Made by a program: the position numbers and the translations under genes. Source: Anthoceros angustus (lineage: Eukaryota > Plantae > Anthocerotophyta). From it: a DNA stretch of 64,000 nucleotides. How positions within the stretch are numbered: the stretch's first letter is position 1; every line of letters begins with the position of its first letter. The notes beneath the pieces were generated by a model, which had not been told where the DNA came from, made no database searches, and was given only the letters and a program-made list of their open reading frames with translations. Positions 12,651 through 26,200 of this stretch are shown one piece after another. The stretch spans positions 930,001 to 994,000 of the forward strand of contig MU008183.1 in NCBI GenBank assembly GCA_010909165.1, in the 5' to 3' direction.

Positions 12651-15600
12651 TCGAGGATCATGGACTTAGAAGGGTAAAATGCTTTTTTTTGTTTGTTTTC
12701 GTGGAGTGTGGAAGTGAAAAAGGGAAATAAGGTTGGGTAAGGGAAATGGTGATGACGGCAAGAAGTGATGAGGGCGGGTAGCAGGAAACTCCGGAGTAGG
12801 CTACTCCGGACTAAACCCCAGCCTAGGACACTCGTGACTAAACCCCGGCCAGAGGCCACTGAATAAACCCCAAGAGGCCACCCGACTAAACTCCCGAGTA
12901 GGCCGCGATAAGTCCGGAAAAGTAACTTTAAAAGGGATGGAGCGCAATCGGCAAGGGGGCCACGTGGACGGGGCCGAGGAGAACGGCATGGTGGGACTAG
13001 GGATCGAGGGTTGGTCACGTGGGCGTGTAACTACGACTCCAAGTACATGCGCCAGGGAGGTGGCGGCGTAAGGCTAGAGTACACGATGTGACTCATAAGC
13101 AGTAGCGAAAGGGATGCTGCCCCGCCTGCCATTTCCGACGCTACGACGCTGAGAGAAGGCCATTATCTCGACTAACTTCTCGGCTGGGGCCATGTCGCAC
13201 TCGTGCATCCCGCCTCGCACTCTCTTCCGACGCCTGTTGCATTCTCCGGCTATCGCCGAATCAGGCACCATCGCCATGGAACTTAGCGGAAGCATCCTTG
13301 CTCACCACCTCACAGCAACATACCAACCAGCACGCGAGATGGGACCCAAGAAGGCGGCGGAGGTCTGGGAGCCCTAGCGCTTAGTGGAGAAAAACATTGT
13401 CACGAGGCGCTACCCGGATTTCGGACCCTGGCTGGCGGAGGCAGAAGAGCTGGTATAGGAATGGCACCTGAACATCTTTCCTGGCAGGGTGGACCTTCGA
13501 CAGGGTGACGCTGGTCCAGGAGTACGCCCGGAAGATGCTGGCGGCGGCCAACAAAACCGTCCGCTCTAAGAGCCTGGAGGAGGACCCGAGGAGATGGACC
13601 GTGGAGGTCCTTAGGGCGGTCTACAATCACCCAGCGGAGGAGATAGGAGGGGTAGTTCCGGAGCTCTTAAGGTGAAGGGGAAGGTGGAGGCGGTGAAGGT
13701 GGCACTCCTGAGGCCGGGGACACAGCGGTCCTCTAACGGGTGGTTGATGTCAGACCTACTGGACCGACGGCCGAGGGCAGTGGCGAAGATTATTGTTCAC
13801 TGGAACATGCTCACCAAGGTGCACCACCTTGGTGACAATCTGCTTGTTTTCCTCCATGCCCTTCAGAGAGGCAAGAGAGCGGACTGGGGACGAATCATCT
13901 TTGCTCGTGTTACCCAGGAGTCCAGGAAGTTGAGAAACGAGCGGCCACCCCCCTCAGCATTGTCCCCATTCATCGTCCATGTGTGGGGACACCTTAATCT
14001 CTTGAAGGAAGGAGAAGAGGAGCGAGCGCTCCGGAAGGGGCTGGGCCAGAAACGGAGCGGGAGGAAGGGGCACAGGAGCCGGAGGGTCGCCCGCCCAAGT
14101 CCAGGCGTGCTCAGGAGGACGAGGATTGGGAGGGAATTTCGGACTCCATACGCCTGGAACGGACCCCCTCGCCGCCCCGAGAAGTATGGGAAGAGATTCC
14201 CGCTTCCCTCCTCGTGGTCCCTCCACCGGAACAACCCTCACCGGAGGCTACTACGACGGGGAGGGAGATAGTGGTCGCTGCTCCAGCAGCTTAGCAACCT
14301 GCTTCGGTCCAAGCCATCGAACCTCACAGGACCAGGAGGGAGGTGAAGAGGAGGAAGATGGCACCCACCACCACCGCCCCAAGGACCGCTTCGGTACCCA
14401 TACCCTTGCCAACGGAGTGGCAGGAGGCAGAAGAAGCAGTGAGAAGGGCGGAGCGCGATGCAGCCCAAGGCATCGGGGGACACTGGCAGCAACCCCACCC
14501 CGAGCCAATCTTGTCGCCGACAAGGAGGGGAAAGCAGGCCAGCTCCCAGACTCCCTCACAACCTCCGGACCCCAAGCGCCGGCGAGCGGAGAAGGAGTTA
14601 GCGGCGAAGAAAGCCAAGGAGGTGGAAGCGCCGGCTCAGAACGGTCAGGACCTAAGGGTCGTGATTGGGTTCGGAGCTCCTAATCCGGACTCACTTCGGA
14701 CGGCGGTGTGGCGGTCCTTAATGGACCGGAAGATACCCACACCTTTAGCGGACTTCTCGGGTATCTCCCCAGTGGTGGCCGTGGAGGAGACACGGCGGGT
14801 TTTGGCAACCGTCATGGATGGTATCCTTTGGGGACTCTGCAGGACAGCGGAGGAGACCGAGGAAGTGGAAGCCACCCGAAGGCGAATGGTGGAGCTCCAA
14901 AGGCAGGCGGAGGTAGCCCAAGCTGCCAAGAGGAGAAGCGCCGAACGGCTGAGTCCGAGGCAAGATCCTCCCAACAGGACAGGGCCAGGGTGCTCCAGCT
15001 GTGTGAACAGCTAAAGCATGCCCAGGAGGCGCAGACGAGGGCGGAAGACCCGTGCCGAAGGAGGGAGCTGGCCAGGGAAGTGGCAGAGGAAGCACGCAGG
15101 CAGGCGGAGAAGGCCAAAGATTTCGCCGAAACGTCCCGACTGGAGCAGAGCTAGGCATGGGAGGCTCAGCTGAAGGGGACTCGAGAGGCGGAGGCCTCTG
15201 CCAACACTGATAGGGACCACTACCATCGGGATAGGAATCGGTGGAGGGAAGCGGCAAGAGTGGCCACAACAAACTTGAAGGCGGAGCAGGCAGCCACAGA
15301 GCAAGCACGGGTGATCTGTGAGGAGGAGATGGCGGTCAACACTAGGGAGCTGGGAGACCTCCGTACAACTGCAGACGGGAAGAACGGGCGCCTGTGAGTT
15401 GGAGGACCGGAGACTTTGTCACACTTGAGTGGTGGAAGAGAGGAACGAACTCCTTCAAGGGAAAATAGGAGACCATGAGCGCGAGATAGAACGTCTCCAG
15501 CCCTGCTTGAGGGTGGAGGAGGGACGCCGACGCAGCAAGGAGCAGGACGTCGCTGAGTTGGAAAGGGAGCTGGAGGACACTAGGCGCCGAGCGGAATTGC

Positions 15601-16772
15601 CAGTATGCCTGGAACAAGATATGGCAGCCCTCAAGGCGAAGATGGCCGGGCAAAAGAGGGCTCTAAAGGAAGAGCAGAAGCTGCTGGTCCGCCTGCGAAA
15701 AGCGGAAGGGGAACGCCGGTCCATGGCCAAGTTAGATGCAAAAGCGTAGAGGGGGAGTCGCTAAGGAGCATCAACGGCTCTAGGAAGTGGCGGAGGCCAC
15801 CTTAGTGGACTGGCCGGCTAGGTCTCGACGGATGAGCTCAGAACGAACAAGATAATAGGCAACCGCACGCCAGCTTGGGAGAACCTCTGGAGGTGAGAAT
15901 ATCGAGCGCTTCGCGCCCATGTGGAGGAGGCCATCCAGCAGGTTGACTCCAACTTTGCATACTATCATGCGGAGCTCCTGAAGGCGGTGGAGGCAGCGCA
16001 CCATGCGGTGCAAATCGAGGGACCGCCAGAGGAGTCATAAGGAGCGTGGAGGGACAAGCGCTTGGGGGATAGCACAGCCACGGGGACCCTGGGAGCGCTG
16101 TTCAGAGACGAGAGCAGCAATAGAGAAGGGGAGCAACCGGATGAGGGGGATGCGGCGGAAACAACAAGGCTAGAGGTAAGTCCGTTGGCAGGAGAAGGAG
16201 AGAGGGTCCCGGAGCAGACCATGGGAGGAGAAGTCCAGGGGGCAAGGAATCCATTACAGGAAGGGGGTCCGGTGGGTGAAGACTGACCCTTGAGAAATGC
16301 CCCGGACTTGGATGTCCGGGAACCAGAGAGGACGGACCCCGAGGTCCGGACTCCGGAAGTGAGGATAGACCCCAAGGTCCGGACTCCGGAAGAGAGGACG
16401 GACCCCGAGGTCCGGACTCAGGAGGGGGAAGGGAGTCCTATGGCTCTAAACCGGGGAGTGGGGGAAGAGGTGGATGAGAGTCAGTCTCAACCCACCCAGG
16501 AAGAACGGTCTCCGGACGGACCCGCAGGGTAGGGACTCACCAGTGCGCCAATGGACAGCGAGGAGGAAGACTTGGTGGTCACTGCGGTTGTGAGTCCGCC
16601 TCCAGTGGCGCAACCTGACAGAGTCCGAGGCAGAGGAAGAGCCTCTGCGGGGTTCCGGGGGTTGCGGATCATCCGATTGGGTGCGCCGCAAATACCAGAG
16701 CTGGGGATTGGGCCGCCAGCGCCAGGAAGGAATCTTGGTCAACCACAGCCCCAACGTCGTAGACGTAGGTAG
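12650..16772 (+). mobile_element. Degenerate long coiled-coil ORF of an LTR element, ending just before a purine tract and LTR
   Basis: Chain of frameshifted E/R/A-rich ORFs 13339-16772; followed by AGGAAAAATAGGGAAGAGAGAGAG and TGTTAGGG. Confidence 0.6.
16328..16425 (+). repeat. 33-bp tandem repeat x3 (ERTDPEVRTPE)
   Basis: GAGGACGGACCCCGAGGTCCGGACTCCGGAA repeated three times with small variants. Confidence 0.85.
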
Positions 16773-16871
16773 GAAAAATAGGGAAGAGAGAGAGTCATGT
16801 GTTAGGGCATAGTGAGCTAGACATCAGCTCAGAATAGGGGTGTAATAAAGGTGCTCCCTCATGACGTAGTA

Positions 16872-17221
16872 CCCTACCCCAAGGGGTGATTCGGCGTTAA
16901 TTAATTAAAATTAGTAAAAGTTGAAAACCCAGATATTATTACACTTAAAATGTTGAATAAGTAAAAATTTATGAGTTTATGATGCCGAAAATAAGGAAAT
17001 TAGGGTTTGTGTGGAAAATTAGGGCCTATTTAGAGGAGGTCTATACTTATCCATTAGTTTTATATATATACATATGTATTTTAATAAATGTTGAAATTTG
17101 ATAAAATTATTTTTTGTAAATGTTGAAATTTTGAAAAATATAAATATTTATGTTGAACCTTATTTTTTTCAAAAAATAATTATTTCGGCATTATCCTGTT
17201 CAACCACCCCTCGGGGTACGG
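16872..17221. mobile_element. Tc1/mariner-type (Stowaway-like) MITE, 350 bp
   Basis: TIRs CCCTACCCCAAGGGGTG / CACCCCTCGGGGTACGG, TA on both sides, very AT-rich interior. Confidence 0.85.
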
Positions 17222-17273
17222 TATAAGAGGGCGGATGCTACTCCAGTAAAGCGATCTTTCTTTTGGGGTTGAT

Positions 17274-20200
17274 CCCTACTAGAAAAGGGCAGCCTATGTT
17301 ACCCTTTATGTTAAGATTTGGACCTTGGATTTAACATTCATGTTGCAATTTTGGGGCCATGTAATACTTTTTGGGCCCCTTGTTACACTTTGGCTTGGAA
17401 ACCATACCAGAGGTGTTGTTGCAATCATGTTGCAATGGTGTTGCAATTATGTTAAGATGAAGTGAGAGGTGGTTTTGCCCTCTCTCAAAATTGCAACATG
17501 ATTGCAACATCTAAGTGTTACAAGAGAGGTCTTGTAACACTTTTGGAGGCTTGGTACCGAACCTCCTCCCCATCCACCATTGCCCTTTTACTTTTGCCCT
17601 TTGGAATACCACGTTTTACTTGGTAGTTATCACCAATACGCCCATCAATACGACCATATATAAATACCTGTATCAATACATTCTTATATTATACGCATGT
17701 AGTCTACGGTGATAAATGTACTATATTATTTTAAGTGTTATACGGCTCGGTGAAGAGGGACTCGGTGGAGGCGGGCCTCTGCTGTAACGATAGGGACCAC
17801 TACCATCGGGATGGGAATCGGTGGAGGAAGCGTGGCAAAAGTGTACAACAAACTTGAAGGCGGAGGCGGTGACCTGAGCAAGCACTGGTGATACTGTGAG
17901 GAGGATGGCGGTCAACACTAGGGAGCTGGGAGACCTCAGAGTGTCTACCATTCAAGGGCTGATGGAAGAGCAGCGCGGGGGTTGAAGTTAGGACGAGGAA
18001 GGAGACTTTAGTGCTGCAGCTTTGAGTGGTGGAAGAAGAGGCGAACTCCTTCGAAGGAAGCCGAGGACCATGAGCGCGAGATAGAGCGTCTAAAATTACT
18101 TGAGGTGGAGGAGGGGCCTGTCGGCCATGACAGGCATCCCGTGAGTTGGAAAGGAGGCTGGAGGACACTAGGCGGCAAAGTAGGTGCAGTATGCAGAACA
18201 AGATGTATGGCAGCCTCAAAGCGAAGATGGCCGGAGCAAAGGGCTCTAAAGGAAGAGCGAAGCATGACTCCGCTGTGGCGGAAGAGCATAGGTCCATGGC
18301 AAACCAGTGATGTTTGCAAAAGCGGCGAGAGGGGCTTAGCCTTCAAGGAGACATCAGCAGCTCAAGGGAGAGTGGCAGGCACCTTAGTAACTGAGGGACT
18401 CGGCTAGGTCGTAGCGGGACGCAAACTATGAGCAGCGGCACAATAAACCAGCGACACGCCCGATTGCTTGAGAACCTCTGGAGTGCCAGGAATATAAGCG
18501 CCTTGGCGCCCAGCCAGAGGAGGCCATCGGCGGGTTGACTCAACTTTGCATACTATCATACGGGAGCTCTGAGCGGTGGGCGGCGCTGCAGTGCTCGTCG
18601 AGGGACACCTTGAGAGAGTCATAAGGGCGTGGAGGACAAGCGCACGAGATGGGATACTTGACCAGGAGGACCACAGGAATGTTGTTCCAGGAGGCAGGCG
18701 ACAATAGAAGGGACGGCAACCGGGATAGCGAGGGGGATCGAGGCGGAAGCAACAAGGCTAGAGAGTAGAGTCGGGTTGGCGGAGGAAGGAGAGGATGGGA
18801 AGGCGAGACCATGGGAGGAGGGAGTCAGGGCAGAATCCATTACTGGGGAAGGGGGTCCGGTGGGTGGTAATGACCAGAAATGCCGGGACTTGGATGTCAG
18901 GGAGCGGAGGAGAATGACGGACCCGGTCGGACTCAGGAGTGAGGATAAGAACCCCAAGGTCCGGACTCTAGGAAGAGGCGGGACACAGAATCCCCGGACT
19001 GGGAGGGGAAGAGTCACAAACCTAAAGCTCTAGCCAAGGAGTGGGGAAGAGGTGGATGAAGTCGGTCTCGGCCCACCCGGAAGAAGCAGTCTCCGGACGG
19101 ACCCGCGATGGTGAGACTGCTTGATGTGCGCCAATGCCGGGACGTGAGGAGGAAGGCAGGTGATCGGCTGCGGTTGTGAGTCCGCCTCCCGATAAGCGCC
19201 AATCCGTGCCAGTCAGGAAGAAACTCTGCGAGGTTGAAGTTGCGGATCATCCGATTGAGTCGCGCAAATACGGAGGCTGGGGATTAGGTAGCGCCGGCGC
19301 CGGGAAGAATCGCGGTCTTAGTCAACCACAGCCCCCATTAGCGTCGTGAGCGTGAGGTAGGAAGCAGGGAAGAGAGTCATGTGTTAGGGCGTAGTGAGTG
19401 AACATCATTCGAGGAATAGAGGGTGTAATAAAGGTGCTCCCTCATGGCGTAGTCTACTACCCCAAGGTGATTACAGCGTTAATTAATTAAAATTAGTAAA
19501 AGTTGAAAACCAGGATATTATTACGTAAAATGTTGAATAAGTAAAAAATTTATGAGTTTATGATGCGAAAATAAGGAAATTAGGGTTTGTGTGGAAAATT
19601 AGGGCCTATTTAGAGGTCTATACTTATCCATTAGTTTTATATATATACATATGTATTTTAATAAATGTTGAAATTTGATAAAATTATTTTTTGTAAATGT
19701 TGAAATTTTGAAAAAATATAAATATTTATGTTGAACCTTATTTTTCAAAAATAATTATTAACATTATCATTGTTCAACCACCTCAAAATTACGGTATAAA
19801 GGCGGATGCTACTCGATGGCGATCTTTCTTTTGGGGTGATCCCTACTAGAAAAGCTGTACATGCCTTTATGTTAAGATTTGGACCCCGGATGTAACACTC
19901 ATGTTGCAATTTTGGGGTCATGTAACACTTTTGGGCCCCTTGTTACACTTTGGCTTGGAAACCATACCACGGATGTTGTTGCAATCATGTTGCAATGGTG
20001 TTGCAATTATGTTAAGATGAAGTGAGAGGTGGTTTTGCCTCTCTCAAAATTGCAACATGATTGCAACATCTAAAGTGTTACAAGAGAGGTCTTGTAACAC
20101 TTTTGGAGGCTTGGTAGAACCTCCTCCCCATCCACCATTGCCCTTTTACTTTTGCCCTTTGAAATACCACGTTTACTTGGTAGTTACCACCGATCGCCCT

Positions 20201-23200
20201 TCAATACGACCATATAAATACACATATCAATACATCCTTACTATATCATGTAGTCTACGGTGATAAATGTAATGTATTATTCTAAGTGCTATAGGTATTC
20301 AATTTCATATAAAATAAGTTTGTATATTACGTATTACATCGTCTTTGATCATGCATATTCATGGCGATACTTTGTATTTACTATACGTAAATAGCGACGG
20401 CCCTTTATACCCCTACTTTATAGCATGCTTGCGGTTTGTCCTTCACGTCAACAATAGGCTTCCGCCATGGCGCCCAAGAAGATATTGTCCCCACCTATCA
20501 CCTTATTGTGACGCATCACGTGAGGTTATGCCCCTACAAGATTGTCTTGTCAGGAGATTTGGTATCGCTGGCTTATGCTTTGCCTCCATGTAAGGCACTT
20601 CCGTCATCGTATGCACCTACGAAACTTCCGCCTCCGTTCGATTCGCAATTTTCTTCTTCCCTCCCACTTGCGTTGGTGGGCCACTTTTTCCCGCTCCCTC
20701 CTACACATTGCACACAAAATGAGTTATCCAGCGTTAATGGGTTTCCGACAGCCTTACCTTCCCTCTCCCTCCTCTTTCTTACGCCCTTCTTGCTGGACAT
20801 TTTCCTCTTCCGTCCTCCTTCTTCTTTTGCGTGCCCTTGTCACTTGCCCATGCCTCTACTCCTCCTCCCGTTTTCCTCTTTCGGCCTCCACCCTTTATCA
20901 TGTGCCTCTCATGGGGCTCCATGCAGTCCATGCTCTCGGCATCCGAGGTGCAAGGTATGTCTGGCATTATCGTCCTCTTGACCGCCTCCTCTGCTGCGTC
21001 CATGTTCTCTGCGTCCCCCGTCTGTCCCCGGCCTCCATCATGCATTGGCCTGATATCAAGCTGCACCGCATGTTGCCCTCTTAGTCCTCCTTCATTCTCT
21101 CTCCCCTCGACATCCTCATGTTCTGCCTTTTGCCCTGCCCGACCATGGCTGCTGGGTGATCCCTCTTGTCAGTCCTCCGCCACCTCCTCCTAGTCCCCTG
21201 CGATTTTTGGCTGTCCATAGTGCACACAAGTGTGTTTCTTCACAGTGTGATTCGTTGCCCTCCTGCTCCACCACCCGACTCCGCCCTCCACACACCTTGT
21301 TCCGCCCTCCAGCCACGTCGTCCTCCCAGCGCCTCCACCCTCCCATACATGGCCGTCACACAGCGGTCTCGGGCACCCTCCACCTCTTTTCCATTATTTG
21401 CTTGCTGCCCACGACCTGACCCTCGTTGCCTGCCTCCATTGACCCCAATCCGGGCATGCGCTTCCACCCTAGGCAATCGTGGTGTCGCGGCACCACAATA
21501 TCCCTGCTCACTCGGTTCCCCCCTCATGCCTCCTGCATGCTTCCTCAAGAGCGCCTCGTCTCCACTTCCCTCCTTGTTCATCGTCGCCTTTCCCCATTCA
21601 AAGTCCGTTGTCCCTCCCCTCGGCCTCCTTCCTCCCAAGCCCCTTGCGCCATGCATTCCTTGATAGCCTCTCGTCCATGTCACCACCTCGTGCACCATCG
21701 TTGCCTCCACCCCTTCCTTCCGTCGTCTCGGAAAGGCCACCATATCGGGATCCATCTTCAATTCAATGTCGTTAAGCAAAATGGTCATTTCCTTGTTCTC
21801 CTTGCAATAGCTTTGAACCTCTAGGATCTTTTCATACACTCCCTATCTTATCTGAAGGAACTCGGGCACTGAACCCCCCCTTTCACGATTTCCACCCTTT
21901 CCTTTCCCTTTCCTTCTGCCCGCCGTCCTCGAAGGTTGCCTCCCTTGTCTCAAGCTTGAAGCCTGCCCGGCATGCAGTGCACATGTGTTACCGTTTGTCC
22001 ACCATGCCCACTCATCGCCTCGGGACGTGTGCACACTTTGCCGTCACTTGCCGTTAGCAGTGCGAAAACCTCATCATCCGAAATAGCTCTTCATCTATTT
22101 CCTTCACTTCCGCAGCTCCAACTCCGCATCCGTCGGGAGGTTCCACGTCTCAAAGTCGTCAAAATCAAGTGGGGTTCGGCACCATGTCGCCCCTCGCCTC
22201 TTACCTCTCGACGTCTTGACGAGGAGGCTTCTTCACATCGCCGATGTCAGAATGGAGACCCGGGGTGCGGTGGATGAGAGATAGCCATTTGGCCCCTCAT
22301 CCTCCCCCGGTCTGATACAGCGTCGGCGGCCCGTCCATGGTGTTCGCGGCGCCATGCGTGACTCCCCTAGCAAGCTTCACCTCGCCATACTCCCCATCCT
22401 GACGGTTGTCCACCACCTTCGTGCCATCTTGAAATGGCTTCCCTCTCGTGAAAGGTGCGGGCCATGAGTCCGGTGTCAAGGGTGAAAAAGCTTTGTTTGC
22501 AAAGGCCCGGTGGTTGTCATTTACTCCTCTTGGCGGGACGGTTGTGCACATGCTACTTGCCCATAATCGAACAATTTTCGACCACCTCACGGACTTGGGA
22601 GCAAGTTTCATGTCCCATTGGTTACGTTGTCGTTACTCATGATGTATTATATTGCCCACATGGCGCCGCTCTCAATCGCCCATTCGCATTTTACCATTAA
22701 TCATCGTCTTCCGACCAAAGATTGCCTTGTGCATCCGGGAGGAGACAATAGACTATAACCTGCAAACCAATCACCATACATGATTTATTCCACTTTCACG
22801 CGTGACTCGAGTGCGTGCGCGGTGACTTGTCGTCGGTCAGCGTATGGACGGGCACCAAACCATACCCATCCATTCCGCCAAGCAAGAGTCATCGAGTTTT
22901 ATTGCGTGTGACGGGAAGTACAAGTAGTGATCAAGGATGAAGGACTTTCCCATCCCAATGTTTAATTACGGTAAGCATATGTCCCCACATTGTGAGGTAT
23001 AAACCGTCCCTGCTCACCGACGGCCATGCGAGGCGGAGCCAAGGGACGATGCCCTCCATACCGGGTCCTTGATGGCGGCGAGGAGAGCAACCTCCATCCA
23101 TCATCCTCGATGGCCATCGTCATTGACAGAATTGCAGCCTTGTCCTTAATGGCCATCGTCGGTTTCCACCACAACAATGTGCACACATACGCAATGATCC

Positions 23201-26200
23201 ACAGACCACAGTCGGCGGAAGGCGGCGGTTTTGACTTATGCGATTCCACAAACACTTTAGCCGCATGGACTTGTAGGTAGGCGAATAGGGCCAAAAAGTG
23301 TTCACATCCGGCGCCTCACAAAGCCATACGTGTGTGGTCACGAACACCATGCCGCACCATGTGGAAGGAACCACCTCGCCAGCGGCAAGTCCCCACGAGG
23401 ATAGCCACGATGAGCGGCTACGCTCCCATGAGGCGGTGACACCCCTCCAACCTTTGCAAAGGATCCTTGATGGCCATCAAGTGTTCTAGTTGTGCACGAA
23501 GATGGAGACATGAACACACGCCTCGTGGTGCGAACTACCACTCCACGCCCATTTAGGTTTCCTGAGCTAGCTCACATCGTCAACATGTCCGTCATACATG
23601 GCATAAGGTAGCAGGGAGGCGCAGTGGCATGTTCATGAAGACAGCTCGCCTGCGAGGATGACCAAGAGAAAGGTAGTAGCGTGAAGCGAGGGCAAGGTGG
23701 TGACATTTAAAGCGGACCACCACCTTCTGCCACTTGTGCCCAGCCACATCGGGTTGCGGATGAGAGGATCTTGAATTTCAACTGTTTACATGTGACAAAC
23801 CAAACATGGCGGCTTTGATGGTGCCGTCGAATACATGTGATTCTTTGGTAAATGCAATGAGTGTGAAATGGCCGCATAAAGGAGGCCGGAATCAAGTTTG
23901 TTTTCATGTCTCCTAAATGGAAATCCTTTGCGGCGGTGCGGCCATAGTGACGTCGAGCCGTCACCCTAGCATGGTGCCGATGGCGTGAATACATTATCGT
24001 TACGCCATGTGGCGCGCATGATTGGTGGAGAGCGGTGGGAGTCTCGAGCGATGGACATCATTATCTAGGAGAACGGGAATTGGCATATATGGCAAATTCA
24101 CATACGACGGTCCTTCATTCATGGCATAATGAAAGGGGCATTTAGTTTGCTTGAATGGCTCTCACGTGCCACCCACCGTCCTTGCACAATGGTGTAGATG
24201 TTGATATAGATTATTACAAAAGCGATTGGAGCAAGCGTCTGTCTTCAAAGCGACCTTCGACGTGGCATGTTTTCTTCCATGCCATGAGTTTTCAATTATT
24301 CTAATGGCTTGCACCCACCTTCCTTGGACCATGGTGGAGGGAGAATTTTATTTGAGAGAAAGGGAACCATTGTCCTTGGTTCATGGCGAGTTGTAAGATG
24401 GCCATGACCTTGTCATGGCATGGCACTTCCTTGGTCATCGGCCACTCGAAATCGCATTGCAAACACTTGTCCTTGGTCACGAAATGGTCATAAAAAGCGG
24501 GGACTATATATGGCATGCATGGAGGAATGGCATCGTGGACAAGGAAGGTTTTGTTTGTGCGCCGTGCACAAACACAATAGCGTGAGGAAGGTGGCATGGC
24601 AAGGCAAGGAGCCATGGCATGGCATGCCACGTAGTCCCCTTCTTGGATGGTTTGGGACGTTGACTTTGAAGGATGGTCCTAGCACGCAAATGAGTGAGGA
24701 TGTCTGCCCAGCTGGAGGAGAGGAGGGTGGTGAGTCATCGATGGAGAGTCGGCGGGAGGCGAGAGAGCGAGACTGGTGTCGGAGGGCGCTTGGATGGAAG
24801 CCGAGAGGATGGTCTAGCGAGTGGGTGGAGAGAGAAGCAGAAGTGGAGAGATGATCATCTCAGGAGGTGAGGAGGTGGGAGGTGAGGGAGCATCTGCTGA
24901 GAGAGGAGGAATCAGAAAGCAGTGGGTGTCTCTAATAGGTGGGAGCTAACTGGAGCTGCCGCAGGAGAGAATCCAAAACTTTGAGGAGGAATGCCAGGCC
25001 GTGACATCGGAGGGGAGGAGGAATTGGTGAGGAGAGGAGGAAGTGGTGGTGATCGGGAGGAGCATGGTGGTGCCGCCAAGAGGCCGACCGTGTGGCGAGA
25101 GAGAGGCCATTGGTCTTGTGGACCTTCTCGTGGCGATGGATAACCCCAACAACGTGGGAGGAGGATGCCTGTGGAGGAGGAAAGCTGCGCCACAGGAGTG
25201 GGGTCTCTGGAGGCGGTTGCGGAGGCGGGCAGCGTGCATATGATGGTCGGGAGGACGGTGAGGAGAAGGACACGGTGGCGGCAATGATGGGGAAAGCGCG
25301 GCGAGGCATGTGGAGATGGCGGATGATGAGGTGGAGCGACATCGACTACATTGCCACTACGAAATTGGAGAATTGATGGAGCGGTTGGCGTAAGCCACTA
25401 GAGCGTCATTGGCGTGTTGTGCGGTGCATGGGCGTGGTGGAGTGTACATGGTTGGAGGTTATGCGATGGAGGTTGGGTGGAGAATGAGGAGTTGGTGGTT
25501 GGTGCGGCGTGGTGATATGTAGGACGTGAGCTCTAAGTGATGTGTGTGCATGGCAGGGAAGAAGGGAAGGAAGGCGGTGGAAGGTGAAGGCCATGTCGGA
25601 AGGAAGGCAGATACTAGTGGAGAGAAGGAAGATGGAGGAAAGGTGGCAAGCAGGGCGAGTCAAGTGATGTGGAGGCAACGTAGATGGTGGGGAACACGGA
25701 TGTGGGGCGGGAGCTGGAGAGGTGGGGAACGGATGGATGAGAGAATGCGGGAGGCGCATGATACTGAAAACAACCGTGGCGGTGGGCCGTTTGTGGAGGG
25801 AATGTGAATGTTGAGCCATTTTCTTGCAGGCCGGAGTCGCCAAGCATGGTGGACGGTGATGGTCAATCAAACAAGCAGATGGAATTGGTATTCCCACCTT
25901 TATAGCCTAGCATTTCTGAGGGTCCTTCGCTGAAAGTGGTGATTGAGGATAGATAGGTCTAGGAAGTTGTGGAGGAACCACGAAAACAATGGTGTTGGTC
26001 GAAGAGTCACCAAGGCGCGCATGGCCATGTTGTATCATAGATATGTTTATTGGAAGGCGCATGTTTGTAGATAAAGCCAAGCATCGATGTTGAAAGGGAT
26101 AGAGGGCGCTTGAACTGTCCAAAATTCCAATTAATTTGTCAATAAAATCAAACACTTATATATGCAAGGTATGAGAGTGACGTAAGGGTTAGCACATACA

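Larger units (their letters stand above)
15163..20293 (+). repeat. ~2.55-kb tandem duplication (copy A 15163-17743, copy B 17744-20293)
   Basis: Colinear repeat of ORF 3' part, LTR start, MITE and CACTA left end; copy B has many small indels. Confidence 0.9.
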
